A stretch of DNA of 32,924 nt from a virus, in the IMG/VR virus record IMGVR_UViG_3300035492_000062, positions 1 to 32,924 of that record. One strand, given 5' to 3'. The notes beneath the pieces were generated by a model that saw only the letters and a list, made by a program, of their open reading frames with translations, had not been told where the DNA came from and searched no databases. Each line of letters starts with the position of its first letter. Positions within the stretch are counted from its first letter, which is position 1. Shown piece after piece: positions 9,388-18,960 of the stretch. Made by a program: the position numbers and the translations under genes.

Positions 9388-10011
9388 ATGATCATAATTG
9401 AAGAGAATTTCACTGACATTCGAGGTCAGATTATAACAGAAGGCGAAACACAAGAAAAGAAATTTTTCTTGGAAGGTGTTTTTGCTGAGGCTGAAACCCG
9501 AAATCGGAATGGTCGCCGTTATTCTCTGAAAGAGATGGTCAGAGAAACTGAAAAAGTAAATGCTGCGGCTAAGGAAGGTCGTCATGTTCTAGGTGAACTA
9601 GATCATCCTAACGTTCTTGAGGTACGTCTTAAAAACGTATCTCACCGCATTACAAAAATGTGGATGAATGGAAATAAAGCTTATGGTAAAGCAGAAATAT
9701 TACAACATCATCCTAATGGTCAGATTGCCATTGGTCTGATGAAAGACGGTGTGCAATTGGGAGTATCAACTCGTGGCTCTGGTAAAGTTAAAGCAGATGG
9801 TTTAGTTGAAAACTTTAACATGGTTACTGTTGATATTGTAGCAACCCCATCAGCTCGTTCTGCATATCCACAAACAATTCAAGAACAACTTGAGATGTAT
9901 GGTCGAGGTGAAATTGTGACAGATTTAGCTGAGGCAGTTATCCATGACCCTGTTGCACAAAAGTATTTCCAGAAAGAATTGAAAGCATTTATTTCTACAT
10001 TTTATAAATAA
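9388..10011 (+). CDS. gp21: Prohead maturation protease (T4 gp21-like)
   Basis: LEGVFAEAE..NRNGRRY, LGELDHP, VSHRI, GVSTRGSG, DIVATPSA. Confidence 0.95.
   Translation: MIIIEENFTDIRGQIITEGETQEKKFFLEGVFAEAETRNRNGRRYSLKEMVRETEKVNAAAKEGRHVLGELDHPNVLEVRLKNVSHRITKMWMNGNKAYGKAEILQHHPNGQIAIGLMKDGVQLGVSTRGSGKVKADGLVENFNMVTVDIVATPSARSAYPQTIQEQLEMYGRGEIVTDLAEAVIHDPVAQKYFQKELKAFISTFYK
10003..10010 (+). promoter_or_regulatory. T4-type late promoter TATAAATA
   Basis: Exact TATAAATA upstream of the scaffold gene. Confidence 0.7.
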
Positions 10012-10042
10012 GTAAATAGAACAGTAATCATTTGGGAGAATT

Positions 10043-10921
10043 ATGATGAAAGACGATTTAAAGGCCATTTTCGAAAGCGCCGTATTGACTGATGAAACTA
10101 AAGCAGTGTTACAGGAAGCTTTTGATGCGGCTGTATCTGCTAAAGAAGTAGAACTGCGCGAACAGTTCGAACAGACCGTTGCTGATGAAGTTAAACAACT
10201 TTCAGAAAGCGCACAAGAAATGATTGAAGAAGCTATTGCTGATCATTTAGAACAGTTTGCTGATGAAATTGCTCATGCTCGTACTTTAGAAGTCCAGTAT
10301 GCAGACAAGTTAGAAATGTTCAAAGAATCATTTGCTGAGCGCAATAATGAGTTAATTTCTACTCTGGTAGCTGAATCAGTTGCTGAAGAAATTACAGAGC
10401 TAAAAGAATCAATTGAAGAAGCTAAACAAATTAAATTTGCCCTGCATCTGTTTGAGTCATTCCGTGATACCTATGCAAAATTATTTGGTGGCGAAGAGTC
10501 TGTAGCTGCATTAGAAGAACTGAAAGAAGCTAAGGCTGAATTAGATTCTCTGAAACGCGCACAGAAGATTGCTGAATTAACCGAGTCATTAGTTGGTTCT
10601 AAGAAGAAAGTTGCTGAGACTGTATTAGAGTCAGTTGCTTTTGATAAATTAGAAGAACGTTTTGAATCAATCAAACATTTACTTGTTGCTGAGTCTAAGG
10701 AAGAAAAAGACGAAGATGCAGTAGAAGAAATGGAAGATCAAGATGAGATGTCTGATGAAGATAAAGCCAAAATGAAAGAAGGCAAAGGTAAAGGCAAAGC
10801 CAAGATGGTTAAAGAAGGCGTAGTCGTTATTGAAGAATCTGAATCAGATGAACCAGTTCTAACTGAGAAACAACGTCTGGCTGCTGAGCGTATCCGTAAA
10901 TCTTTACGTGCTATTCGCTAA
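10043..10921 (+). CDS. gp22: Prohead core scaffold protein (T4 gp22-like)
   Basis: Acidic coiled coil with many xES/xEE sites; position between protease and capsid gene. Confidence 0.85.
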   Translation: MMKDDLKAIFESAVLTDETKAVLQEAFDAAVSAKEVELREQFEQTVADEVKQLSESAQEMIEEAIADHLEQFADEIAHARTLEVQYADKLEMFKESFAERNNELISTLVAESVAEEITELKESIEEAKQIKFALHLFESFRDTYAKLFGGEESVAALEELKEAKAELDSLKRAQKIAELTESLVGSKKKVAETVLESVAFDKLEERFESIKHLLVAESKEEKDEDAVEEMEDQDEMSDEDKAKMKEGKGKGKAKMVKEGVVVIEESESDEPVLTEKQRLAAERIRKSLRAIR

Positions 10922-10945
10922 TTAAAACAGTTTTTTGACAATTTG

Positions 10946-10953
10946 TATAAATA
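10946..10953 (+). promoter_or_regulatory. T4-type late promoter TATAAATA
   Basis: Exact TATAAATA upstream of the major capsid gene and its AGGAG RBS. Confidence 0.75.
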
Positions 10954-10979
10954 AATAAAAATACTTTCAGGAGTTTAAA

Positions 10980-12224
10980 ATGGAAAATCAAGTAAAGAAC
11001 TGGGGCGAATATAAAGCTCAGTTGTTAGAAGGCTTAAACGAGAAACAAGCCGCAATGTTAGGTACTGTTTTAGAAAGTACTCACAAAGAGAACTTAGCTG
11101 ACAAGGACTCAACTAACTATATGGTTGTTGAATCTACAGCTCCTGGTTCTACAGTAACTTCTAATATTAGCCGTTACGATACAATCTTCATGCCACTGAT
11201 TCGCCGTACCATGCCTGCTCTGTTGGCAATGGATCTGGTAGGTGTACAACCAATCACCACTCCTCGCGGTATCGTGCGTACTCTGCGTTTCCGGTTCTCT
11301 GAAGATACTGAAACCACTACCGGTTCAGGTGTAAATGCAGTTGATGCAGGTACTGAAGCATCAGGTGTTAACGTATTCGAGAAGTACTCTAAACTGGCTT
11401 TAGGTGGTGCTTATGATGAAGTTGACGCTCTGAACCCATTTGAGCAAACTGTTTATCTGGAAGGTAATCGTGGTAAGCCAATGGATCTGGAAGTTGTTAC
11501 TCAGACTTCTGAGCCTATGTCTCGTAAACTGAGTGCTGCTTACTCTCTGGAAGCTGCCGATGATTTACAAGCATTAGATGGTCTGGATATTGAGACTGAA
11601 ATTACTCAAACTCTGGGCGACCAAATTCTGCGTGATTTAGACCGTGAGCTGATTGGTGAATTGAATAGCTTGGCAGGTACTGTAGAAGCCTTCGATTTTG
11701 CAAATGTAGATGGTAGATATGCAGGCGAAAAACTAGCTGCACTTACGATTTCCATAGACAATCTTTCTGCACAGATCGCAATGAAAACTCGTAAAGCTGG
11801 TGCTACTTGGATGGTTGTTTCTCAACGTGTATTCACTGCACTGAAGAACGCATCTAACACCACTTTCGTGCCAGTAAATGCAATGTCTGCTGCTAACGGT
11901 GGTGACTTACGTATCGGCTCAAGCCTGTTTGTTGGTACTTTTGGTGCTAACGTTAAAGTGTATGTTGACCCATATGCTGAAGGTGATGTGCTGTTAATGG
12001 GTTACAAAGGCTCTGAATTAGACGCTGGTCTGGTATATTCTCCATATATCCCTCTGTCAAGTTCAGGCGTGGTCCGAAATCCAGAGTCGGGGGACTTCCG
12101 TGTTATGCTGCGTACTCGTTATGCACTGACTAGCTTCACCAACACTTCAACAAGCTTAGGTGACAGCCCCGATTATTTTGCTCGTGCTACTGTTGCAAAC
12201 CTGCAATTAGGCTTCACTAACTAA
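10980..12224 (+). CDS. gp23: Major capsid protein (T4 gp23-like)
   Basis: LIRRTMPALLAMDLVGVQP, SRKLSAAYSLEAADDLQALDGLD, VYVDPYA, MGYKG.ELDAGLVYSPYIP, RTRYAL; strongly biased codon usage. Confidence 0.97.
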   Translation: MENQVKNWGEYKAQLLEGLNEKQAAMLGTVLESTHKENLADKDSTNYMVVESTAPGSTVTSNISRYDTIFMPLIRRTMPALLAMDLVGVQPITTPRGIVRTLRFRFSEDTETTTGSGVNAVDAGTEASGVNVFEKYSKLALGGAYDEVDALNPFEQTVYLEGNRGKPMDLEVVTQTSEPMSRKLSAAYSLEAADDLQALDGLDIETEITQTLGDQILRDLDRELIGELNSLAGTVEAFDFANVDGRYAGEKLAALTISIDNLSAQIAMKTRKAGATWMVVSQRVFTALKNASNTTFVPVNAMSAANGGDLRIGSSLFVGTFGANVKVYVDPYAEGDVLLMGYKGSELDAGLVYSPYIPLSSSGVVRNPESGDFRVMLRTRYALTSFTNTSTSLGDSPDYFARATVANLQLGFTN

Positions 12225-12244
12225 TTGATTTAGTTAATAATTTT

Positions 12245-12269
12245 AAAGCCCTCCCTGTGAGGGCTTTTT
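12245..12269 (+). terminator. Rho-independent terminator
   Basis: AAAGCCCTC-cctgt-GAGGGCTTTTT after gp23. Confidence 0.85.
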
Positions 12270-12391
12270 ATTTTGTACTAATTTCTATCAAGTATAATTA
12301 ATATAATAATTTCTACATTTTATTTACATAAACAATCCCAAACCAAAAAACTACTAAGTTTATACATGCATAAACTATTTTCTATCTAATA

Positions 12392-12420
12392 TTGCACATG
12401 CATAACCCCTGTGTTATACT
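12392..12420 (+). promoter_or_regulatory. sigma70-type promoter of the homing endonuclease gene
   Basis: TTGCAC-17 bp-TATACT with TGn extension; the direct repeat ACATGCATAA occurs at 12364 and 12396. Confidence 0.55.
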
Positions 12421-12451
12421 AAATATAGTCAACCTAAACTAAGGAATAACA

Positions 12452-14686
12452 ATGGGAAAGCATGTATCAAAAAATCTACCAGAGCATGAGTTCTGGACAA
12501 CATCTCAACTTCAGGATTATCTACGTCCACTGAAAAATGTCGCTTATGTGTCAAACTACTTTTCGTATATGACAAAAAACATAAATGACAGAACATCATT
12601 CTTGGATGTAATATATCCAGAAAAATATGTAAGTTTTGCAATGAGATGTAGATTTATTTTATTAGGTATAGAATCACTAGATCAGATACCAAAGTGTACT
12701 GTTTGTGGAACTCATGCAAAATTTGATACACGAGAGAACTCATTTGGTGATACTTGCTTTAGTAAGTCATGCATCAATGCTGTTAAAAATAGTAGAATAA
12801 AAGAAGCTCACTTAACTATGTTCTCTGATGAAGAGAAGAAGAAGGAAGTAGTATCAAAGCGCAAGAACACGAAAGTTGAGCGATATGGCAAAGAGAGCCC
12901 GACTGTTGCTGATTTATTAAAATATCAGGGAGAGAGTGATAATAAACCAGAGCATAGGACTTGGACGGTACAACAAATCCAAGAATTTTTATTGGGACTG
13001 AAAAAGTATGACACACGAGTTTTCACCTATTACACTAACCTTTTGGAAAACATAAAAGAGAAAACTACATGGTTGGATGAAATTTACACATCAGAAAATG
13101 TAACTCAACAAATGCGTGTTGCATCTATAAAGCATGGACTATTCACAAAAGATCACATACCTTTATGTACTGTTTGTAATACTCGTCATGCTTCTTTATT
13201 GAGAAGAAACGGATATACACCTAGTCCATATTGCCTAGATGAAGAATGTATTGCTAAGTACCAGAGACAAATAACCGACCAGACATGGGAAGAAATTTAT
13301 CCAGAAGGACATCCGACTCGAAACAAAGAAGTTGTAAAGAAATTTAAGACAACCAACCAGAACATATATGGTGTTCCTTATCCTGCGATGAATCCTGATA
13401 TCCATGAAAAAGCCAGAAAAACATGCATGGAAAGATTTGGTGCCCCTTCACCAATATTAGATCAACATATTCGAGAAAAAATTGAAAAAACAAATATACA
13501 AAGATACGGACACGCTACTTCTTTAAAAAATAAAACTATACGTAGTAAAATATTAATGACAAATAGAGAAAAATACGGTGTTGATAATCCTATGAGTAAT
13601 GTTGGTGTACAAAAGAAGGTTGAGAGCACCAACATGCAAAGATATGGAGTATCTAGTGCCAAGCAGAAAAATCTCGGCGTTGGTGTTTTGGATAAATTGA
13701 ACTCCAGTCAATTTATGCAGTTTGAATATGAGAAAAAAGGTGGAGTGCGATTGGCCAAGGAATTAGGAGTAGATAACTCAACCATATACAACTACTTAAA
13801 AAAACACTCAATCCCAATCAACCCTCTAGTCGGCTCCTCTTTTGCTGAACGAGAGATTGCTGAGTATGTTGAATCACTAGGTGTTGAGATCATCAGAAAT
13901 GATCGTACCATCCTTAATGGTAAGGAGTTGGACATCTACATTCCATCTCATAATCTCGCCATTGAATATAACGGGATCTTCTGGCACTCAACTAAGTTCA
14001 TCCCACAGAGAACTCACCTAGATAAAACTCTGGCTTGTGAAGCGCAAGGCATCAGACTTATCCAGATTTTTGAGGACGAATGGAATGATCGCCCAGAGGT
14101 AATTAAGCGTAAGATTGCCATGCTTCTGAATAAATCAGATCTTCCTCGTGTGTACGCCAGACAGTGTACAGTTAAAGAGATTGATAATGACACAGCCAAG
14201 CCATTCTACAAGACCTATCATGTCCAAGGTCATGCAGCAGGAGGTACAGTACTTTCACTGGTAAAAGATAATGAGATTGTTGCTTGTATGTCGTTTAAGG
14301 TACATTTTGGATACATGGAGCTGATTAGGTACGCATCTAGTGCTCATGTGGTTGGTGGATTCACCAAGCTACTAAACCATTTTATGAAGTGTAATCCAGA
14401 TGTTGAGTATATCATCTCTTTTGCTGACAGACGTTGGTCAGATGGTAATGTTTACACCAAGAACAACTTTTACTTGGTAGATACAACATATCCAAACTAT
14501 TACTATGTGATAGATGACAGACGAGTGAAGAAACAAAAGTTCAGACACAAATATCTTGCTGAGATTTTAGAGGGATACGACCCAAATCTGTCCGAGAGAG
14601 AAAACACAGAAGCACATGATATTTGGCGCATCTACGACTGTGGTATGTTCAAGTTCCGCATTGACAATCCATATCACAATGTCTAA
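12452..14686 (+). CDS. Free-standing Hef-like homing endonuclease with repeated N-terminal modules
   Basis: Two ~120-aa CxxC-containing repeats, multiple KTN..RYG repeats, an HTH-like LAKELGV...TIYNYLKK, then a PD-(D/E)xK-type region ELDIYIP..NLAIEYNGIFWHS...IQIFEDEW and the typical tail ARQC..., FADRRWSDGNVY, RIYDCG. Confidence 0.8.
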   Translation: MGKHVSKNLPEHEFWTTSQLQDYLRPLKNVAYVSNYFSYMTKNINDRTSFLDVIYPEKYVSFAMRCRFILLGIESLDQIPKCTVCGTHAKFDTRENSFGDTCFSKSCINAVKNSRIKEAHLTMFSDEEKKKEVVSKRKNTKVERYGKESPTVADLLKYQGESDNKPEHRTWTVQQIQEFLLGLKKYDTRVFTYYTNLLENIKEKTTWLDEIYTSENVTQQMRVASIKHGLFTKDHIPLCTVCNTRHASLLRRNGYTPSPYCLDEECIAKYQRQITDQTWEEIYPEGHPTRNKEVVKKFKTTNQNIYGVPYPAMNPDIHEKARKTCMERFGAPSPILDQHIREKIEKTNIQRYGHATSLKNKTIRSKILMTNREKYGVDNPMSNVGVQKKVESTNMQRYGVSSAKQKNLGVGVLDKLNSSQFMQFEYEKKGGVRLAKELGVDNSTIYNYLKKHSIPINPLVGSSFAEREIAEYVESLGVEIIRNDRTILNGKELDIYIPSHNLAIEYNGIFWHSTKFIPQRTHLDKTLACEAQGIRLIQIFEDEWNDRPEVIKRKIAMLLNKSDLPRVYARQCTVKEIDNDTAKPFYKTYHVQGHAAGGTVLSLVKDNEIVACMSFKVHFGYMELIRYASSAHVVGGFTKLLNHFMKCNPDVEYIISFADRRWSDGNVYTKNNFYLVDTTYPNYYYVIDDRRVKKQKFRHKYLAEILEGYDPNLSERENTEAHDIWRIYDCGMFKFRIDNPYHNV

Positions 14687-14730
14687 ACTTACACTGTAAA
14701 TAAATTTGAGAGATTCCTAAAGGGGGAAAT

Positions 14731-15177
14731 ATGTTTGGGTACACTACTGTAAAAACGAGCGAACTTAAGCAGTTGGATGAATTAATTGAAAAATGTCAAA
14801 ATTCACATAGAGAAACTGCTGTTCAACTACTTAAAGAGAGAGAAGAGCACCAGACAGCTATACAAGATAAAGATGCTGAGATTCTGGCTCTTAAATTAGA
14901 GTTAGGGAAGAAGACCAAGGAAGCTGAGCACCTATCAGAAATTATCCAGAAAGAGAGAAGCCAGAACAGTGTCACATTGACCATTGGAGATGATTTGACG
15001 ACTGTGACACCAGTAGTAAGGTCAAAACCTAATGCATTTGAAACACTGTTTCAGAATGGGTACTTGAATGATGCTCAGAACAGCCAACATGCAATTGAAC
15101 TTTCACTTATGTTAATTGCTAATGAAGCACTGACACAGTTATTGGAACAGTTTGAATCACCTGTGCGGGGTGACTGA
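14731..15177 (+). CDS. hypothetical coiled-coil protein
   Basis: GGGGG RBS; GTAAATA at 14696; TGATG overlap with the next gene. Confidence 0.75.
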   Translation: MFGYTTVKTSELKQLDELIEKCQNSHRETAVQLLKEREEHQTAIQDKDAEILALKLELGKKTKEAEHLSEIIQKERSQNSVTLTIGDDLTTVTPVVRSKPNAFETLFQNGYLNDAQNSQHAIELSLMLIANEALTQLLEQFESPVRGD

Positions 15178-16067
15178 TGAAGTTGTTTAAGAATCTACTG
15201 GTGGATTTGAATAACCTCGCATTCACCACTCGTCACTCAATTGGTTTAAAACCAGTAGTGAGTGTAAGACGAAAAGAACAATTTGTTAGAGAGAAGATCT
15301 TTAAAGATTGTCTCTCTTCAATCCTATTCCACTCAAATAAATTTGGTGTAAATGGATTGGTTGTCGTATCTGACTCTAAGAATGTCTGGAGAAAAGACAT
15401 TTATCCAGAGTATAAGTCAAATAAAGATCCGAGTGAAGATGCATACTTTGAAGATGTCATTGGTGCTATTGACATGCTCATTGAATTTATCACACACTAC
15501 ACTGCTGGATACCATTTAAACGTCCCTAGATGTGAGGGAGATGACCTAATTGGGTACTGGTGCATCAACTCACAGAATGTTGAGAATATCATCATGTCGT
15601 CTGATACAGACTACATCCAGTTGATAAATGAGCAAACCTCATTATACTCACCTACTCAGAATAAGTTTAGAGAATCAAATGATCCTCAGTACGATTTATT
15701 TTTAAAGTGCATTCGTGGGGATAAGAATGATGCAATTGAATCTGCATTTCCAAGAGTGAGAGAGACTAGATTGATTTCTGCTTGGAATGATGAAGTTGAG
15801 ATGTTGAATCTATTAAATGAGAGGCGTCCAGACGGCAGAACTGTTGGAGATGTTCTTGATTTGAATGTACAGTTGATTGATCTCTCAGAACAACCATTGT
15901 TGATTAAACAAAAAATCCAAACTCAGATTGACAACTATACCCCAGCTGTATTTGATGAAATCAAATGTATGAAGTATTTTAATGACAACAATCTTAAAGC
16001 CTTCAATGAAATGCTACGAAATGCTGTGGTTTTAAAGAAATCCCCAGTTTTCAGAAGTTATAAATAA
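15177..16067 (+). CDS. rnh: 5'-3' exonuclease / T4 RNase H-like flap nuclease
   Basis: LLVDLNN, D....WRKDIYPEYK, EGDDLI, SSDTDYIQL, GDKND motifs. Confidence 0.9.
   Translation: MKLFKNLLVDLNNLAFTTRHSIGLKPVVSVRRKEQFVREKIFKDCLSSILFHSNKFGVNGLVVVSDSKNVWRKDIYPEYKSNKDPSEDAYFEDVIGAIDMLIEFITHYTAGYHLNVPRCEGDDLIGYWCINSQNVENIIMSSDTDYIQLINEQTSLYSPTQNKFRESNDPQYDLFLKCIRGDKNDAIESAFPRVRETRLISAWNDEVEMLNLLNERRPDGRTVGDVLDLNVQLIDLSEQPLLIKQKIQTQIDNYTPAVFDEIKCMKYFNDNNLKAFNEMLRNAVVLKKSPVFRSYK
16059..16066 (+). promoter_or_regulatory. T4-type late promoter TATAAATA
   Basis: Exact motif upstream of the acidic protein gene. Confidence 0.65.
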
Positions 16068-16098
16068 TGTGTATATAATTTAACAAGGAGAACTCACC

Positions 16099-16515
16099 AT
16101 GAGTCATAAAGAACTTTTAGAGGTTCTGATTAAAGAATCTGTAAAAACAAAGTTTGAATCAAAGATTGATACAATCATTGAAGAAAAGTACAAAAAACAC
16201 GTCAAGGAAGAAGACGAAGAAGATGAAGACATGGATGATGAGGACGAAGACGATTCTGATGATGACGAAGATGACGATGAAGATTCTGATGAGGATGACT
16301 CGGACGAAGAAGACCTTAAAGAATCAATGTCAGTTGAGTACGTAGAGAAGGGCAAGAAAGGCACAAAAACCACCACCATTAAAAACCACTCGGAGTTAGT
16401 TAAAATGGCAAAAACTGGTAACTATGAATGGTTCATGGTAACTAAGAAAAATGGTGAAGAAGTAGAATACACAATCGACTGGGATGGAAAAACACCTAGT
16501 TTGGTTGAGATGTAA
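16099..16515 (+). CDS. Acidic protein, possibly gp67-like prohead core/internal protein
   Basis: Long D/E tract; IKE-S and LKE-S motifs; late promoter; AAGGAG RBS. T4 gp67 has a similar acidic tract. Confidence 0.5.
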   Translation: MSHKELLEVLIKESVKTKFESKIDTIIEEKYKKHVKEEDEEDEDMDDEDEDDSDDDEDDDEDSDEDDSDEEDLKESMSVEYVEKGKKGTKTTTIKNHSELVKMAKTGNYEWFMVTKKNGEEVEYTIDWDGKTPSLVEM

Positions 16516-16554
16516 ATAAATTTGTTTGACATTACAGGATAAAAGGAGAATATT

Positions 16555-17109
16555 ATGTTAAAACGCTTTAAAATTGACGGTCGGATGCAAGAAGTTTTTG
16601 TTTTACGTCAGACCGAAAACCGTATCGTTTATGTACCAGTAAAATCTATGCACCGTGTAGACTATGAACGTTTCAAAGAGATGTCTGCACAGAAACCTCC
16701 ACGGGTGGATTTGTTAGACTACATGGCTAAGTACAAACTGAAGAATGGTGTTAATGCACTGGTGCAGTATGACAAAATTATTCATGTAGCAAACGTACAT
16801 AACGAAATCGGTACTCGTGTTAAGAAGACTGAGGAAATCATTGATAAGTTTGAACACATGTCAAATACCAATCAAGAACCGCAGCCTAAACGTGCAGTAG
16901 AACCACAACAAGTGAATGAACCAGTTGCACAACAAGTAGCTGTTCAGCACTTGCAAGATGTGACTACTGGTGATGATGAAAAACCAGTCTATCAGTTCAC
17001 CAATAAACATGGTAAATTGCAGCAATGGTTTGGTCAAGGTCGTGTACCAGACTTCTTAAAAGACCACATTGAAGCTGGTGGTGATATTGAAGATTACCGA
17101 CTTAAGTAA
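16555..17109 (+). CDS. Protein with C-terminal H-NS-like DNA-binding domain
   Basis: C-terminus YQFTNKHGKLQQWFGQGRVPDFLKDHIEAGGDIEDYRL matches the H-NS motif Y...G...TWTGQGR.P...G..L.DF; the N-terminus is not recognisably H-NS. Confidence 0.75.
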   Translation: MLKRFKIDGRMQEVFVLRQTENRIVYVPVKSMHRVDYERFKEMSAQKPPRVDLLDYMAKYKLKNGVNALVQYDKIIHVANVHNEIGTRVKKTEEIIDKFEHMSNTNQEPQPKRAVEPQQVNEPVAQQVAVQHLQDVTTGDDEKPVYQFTNKHGKLQQWFGQGRVPDFLKDHIEAGGDIEDYRLK

Positions 17110-17127
17110 ATCCTCTTAAATAAAAAC

Positions 17128-17151
17128 AAAGCCCTCTCTTGAGGGCTTTTT
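17128..17151 (+). terminator. Rho-independent terminator
   Basis: AAAGCCCTC-tctt-GAGGGCTTTTT; the stem is identical to the gp23 terminator. Confidence 0.85.
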
Positions 17152-17195
17152 CATTTCATGCTATCATCTTTAAAACTTAAATGAGGGGGAGTTTA

Positions 17196-18917
17196 ATGGA
17201 TAAAAGTTACATAGATGTACACCACAATCCATACGAAGGGCAGATCCATGTCTGGACACGAGATAAGTCTGGAAAATTAGAATACGAGGTTGTCTCGGAT
17301 GCTGATTACCTGTATCTTTTTGTCCCAGACAATACTGGCAAAACTGAATTCGTAAACATGAAGCGCAAGCCAATGAAGAAGTTGTATTTTGACAATTTAC
17401 GGGAACTTCATGACTACGGCAAACACTATCCAAACGTACACGAGTCAGATGTACCAATTGAGTACAAATACATTCTGGACAACTTCATCAATGCACCATT
17501 TGATTGTCCAATTAATATCGGTTTCTATGACATTGAGGTTGACTTTGACCTGAATGAAGGTAGAGGCTATCCAAGCATCAGAGATCCATTTGGTGCCGTA
17601 AATGCTATCTCTCTTTTTGATCTACATAAGAAAAAGTATGTAATGTTGACTCTTTCTGCTTTGGATGATCTGGATTTAAAAGATGCAGATTTCCCAGTAG
17701 AGACCAGACAATTTTTGTCCGAAAAAGAACTTCTTAGATTTTTCTGTGATAAAGTAGTAAAAGATATTGACATACTTGTTGCTTGGAACGGGGATGCGTT
17801 TGACTTGAACTATATCATGGAAAGACTAATAGTGCTGTTTGGGGAGAAAGATGCAGTAAGAATGCTTTGTAGGGATGGGCAGAAAGCAATAAAAAAAGAA
17901 TTCACTAACGAATTTGGCGAAGAAATTTGGAAATGGCGTCTTGTTGGAAGAAACCATGCCGATATGATGCTGTTGTTTAAAAAATTCCACCCATCATCAC
18001 AGGAATCTTTTTCTCTAAATTCTATCTGTGAAAAGTATTTGGGGATGGAGAAAATAGATTATGATGGCGACCTTGGTGAGTTGTATAGAGAAAATCCGCA
18101 CAAATTTTTTGAGTACAGTTTACACGATACTAGGTTATTGGTTGAGTTGGATAAATCACAGCAGATAATGAAGTTAGCCATCGGTATGACAAGAAACGCT
18201 TGTGTTTTTCTACATGATGCACTTGGTGCCATAAAACTAATAGAGACAGACTTTATAAAATTCTGTCGAAAGAAAGGAAACATAGTATTACCGGATAAAA
18301 TCACTCATAAAAAACAAAGTTATGATGGTGCTATTGTGTACGACACTATTGCAGGATTGCATAATTGGATATTTGGTGTAGACTTACGATCACTGTACCC
18401 ATTCACTATGATAATGTTGGGGCTTTCTCCAGAAACTATGGTTATGCAGTGTTCTGGGGGGTATGAAGATTACATCCATATCATGACAAAAAATGACAGT
18501 TATGGCGAAATCGAAATAGAAATAATAGACACAGGTGAATTCGCAAAAATAAAACCAAGCGAACTGTATGAGATAATCATTGAGAGTGGTATGACTATCT
18601 CTGCGAACGGGACTATCTTTGATGGCAGTCTTGGGCTTTTGGCAGAATACGCGCAAGAAGGATTCAATCTGAGGGCACATTATAAAAAGCTGAAAAAAGA
18701 AGCAGAGAAGATTGGCGATGATCTTATGGCGGCAGTATATGATCTCTATCAGTTAATTGCCAAGATTAAGATAAACTCAATCTATGGTGCTACCGGTAAT
18801 GAGTTTTTTAGATTGTTTGATATTAGGTTGGCGCAGAGTATTACTTTGTCTGCACAGATAGTAAGCAAACAACAGGCATACTCAGCCAACTACTTTTTAG
18901 ATGAGTTGGCTGCATAA
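17196..18917 (+). CDS. gp43A: Family B DNA polymerase, N-terminal subunit (exonuclease, motifs A and B)
   Basis: Exo I YDIEV, Exo II WNGDAFDLNYI, Exo III YSLHDT, motif A DLRSLYP, motif B KIKINSIYG. ATG at 17196 follows GGGGGAG. Confidence 0.92.
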   Translation: MDKSYIDVHHNPYEGQIHVWTRDKSGKLEYEVVSDADYLYLFVPDNTGKTEFVNMKRKPMKKLYFDNLRELHDYGKHYPNVHESDVPIEYKYILDNFINAPFDCPINIGFYDIEVDFDLNEGRGYPSIRDPFGAVNAISLFDLHKKKYVMLTLSALDDLDLKDADFPVETRQFLSEKELLRFFCDKVVKDIDILVAWNGDAFDLNYIMERLIVLFGEKDAVRMLCRDGQKAIKKEFTNEFGEEIWKWRLVGRNHADMMLLFKKFHPSSQESFSLNSICEKYLGMEKIDYDGDLGELYRENPHKFFEYSLHDTRLLVELDKSQQIMKLAIGMTRNACVFLHDALGAIKLIETDFIKFCRKKGNIVLPDKITHKKQSYDGAIVYDTIAGLHNWIFGVDLRSLYPFTMIMLGLSPETMVMQCSGGYEDYIHIMTKNDSYGEIEIEIIDTGEFAKIKPSELYEIIIESGMTISANGTIFDGSLGLLAEYAQEGFNLRAHYKKLKKEAEKIGDDLMAAVYDLYQLIAKIKINSIYGATGNEFFRLFDIRLAQSITLSAQIVSKQQAYSANYFLDELAA

Positions 18918-18960
18918 GCAACACTTTATGTGGTAGTCTATTTATAAAAGTTGAGGTTTT

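Noticed and set aside
16208-16314. GAY/GAR-rich trinucleotide-like repeat
   Set aside because: Explained by the Asp/Glu tract of the encoded protein.
18918-18960. Group I intron or split intein in the polymerase
   Set aside because: The gap is only 43 nt, and neither ORF end shows intein blocks.
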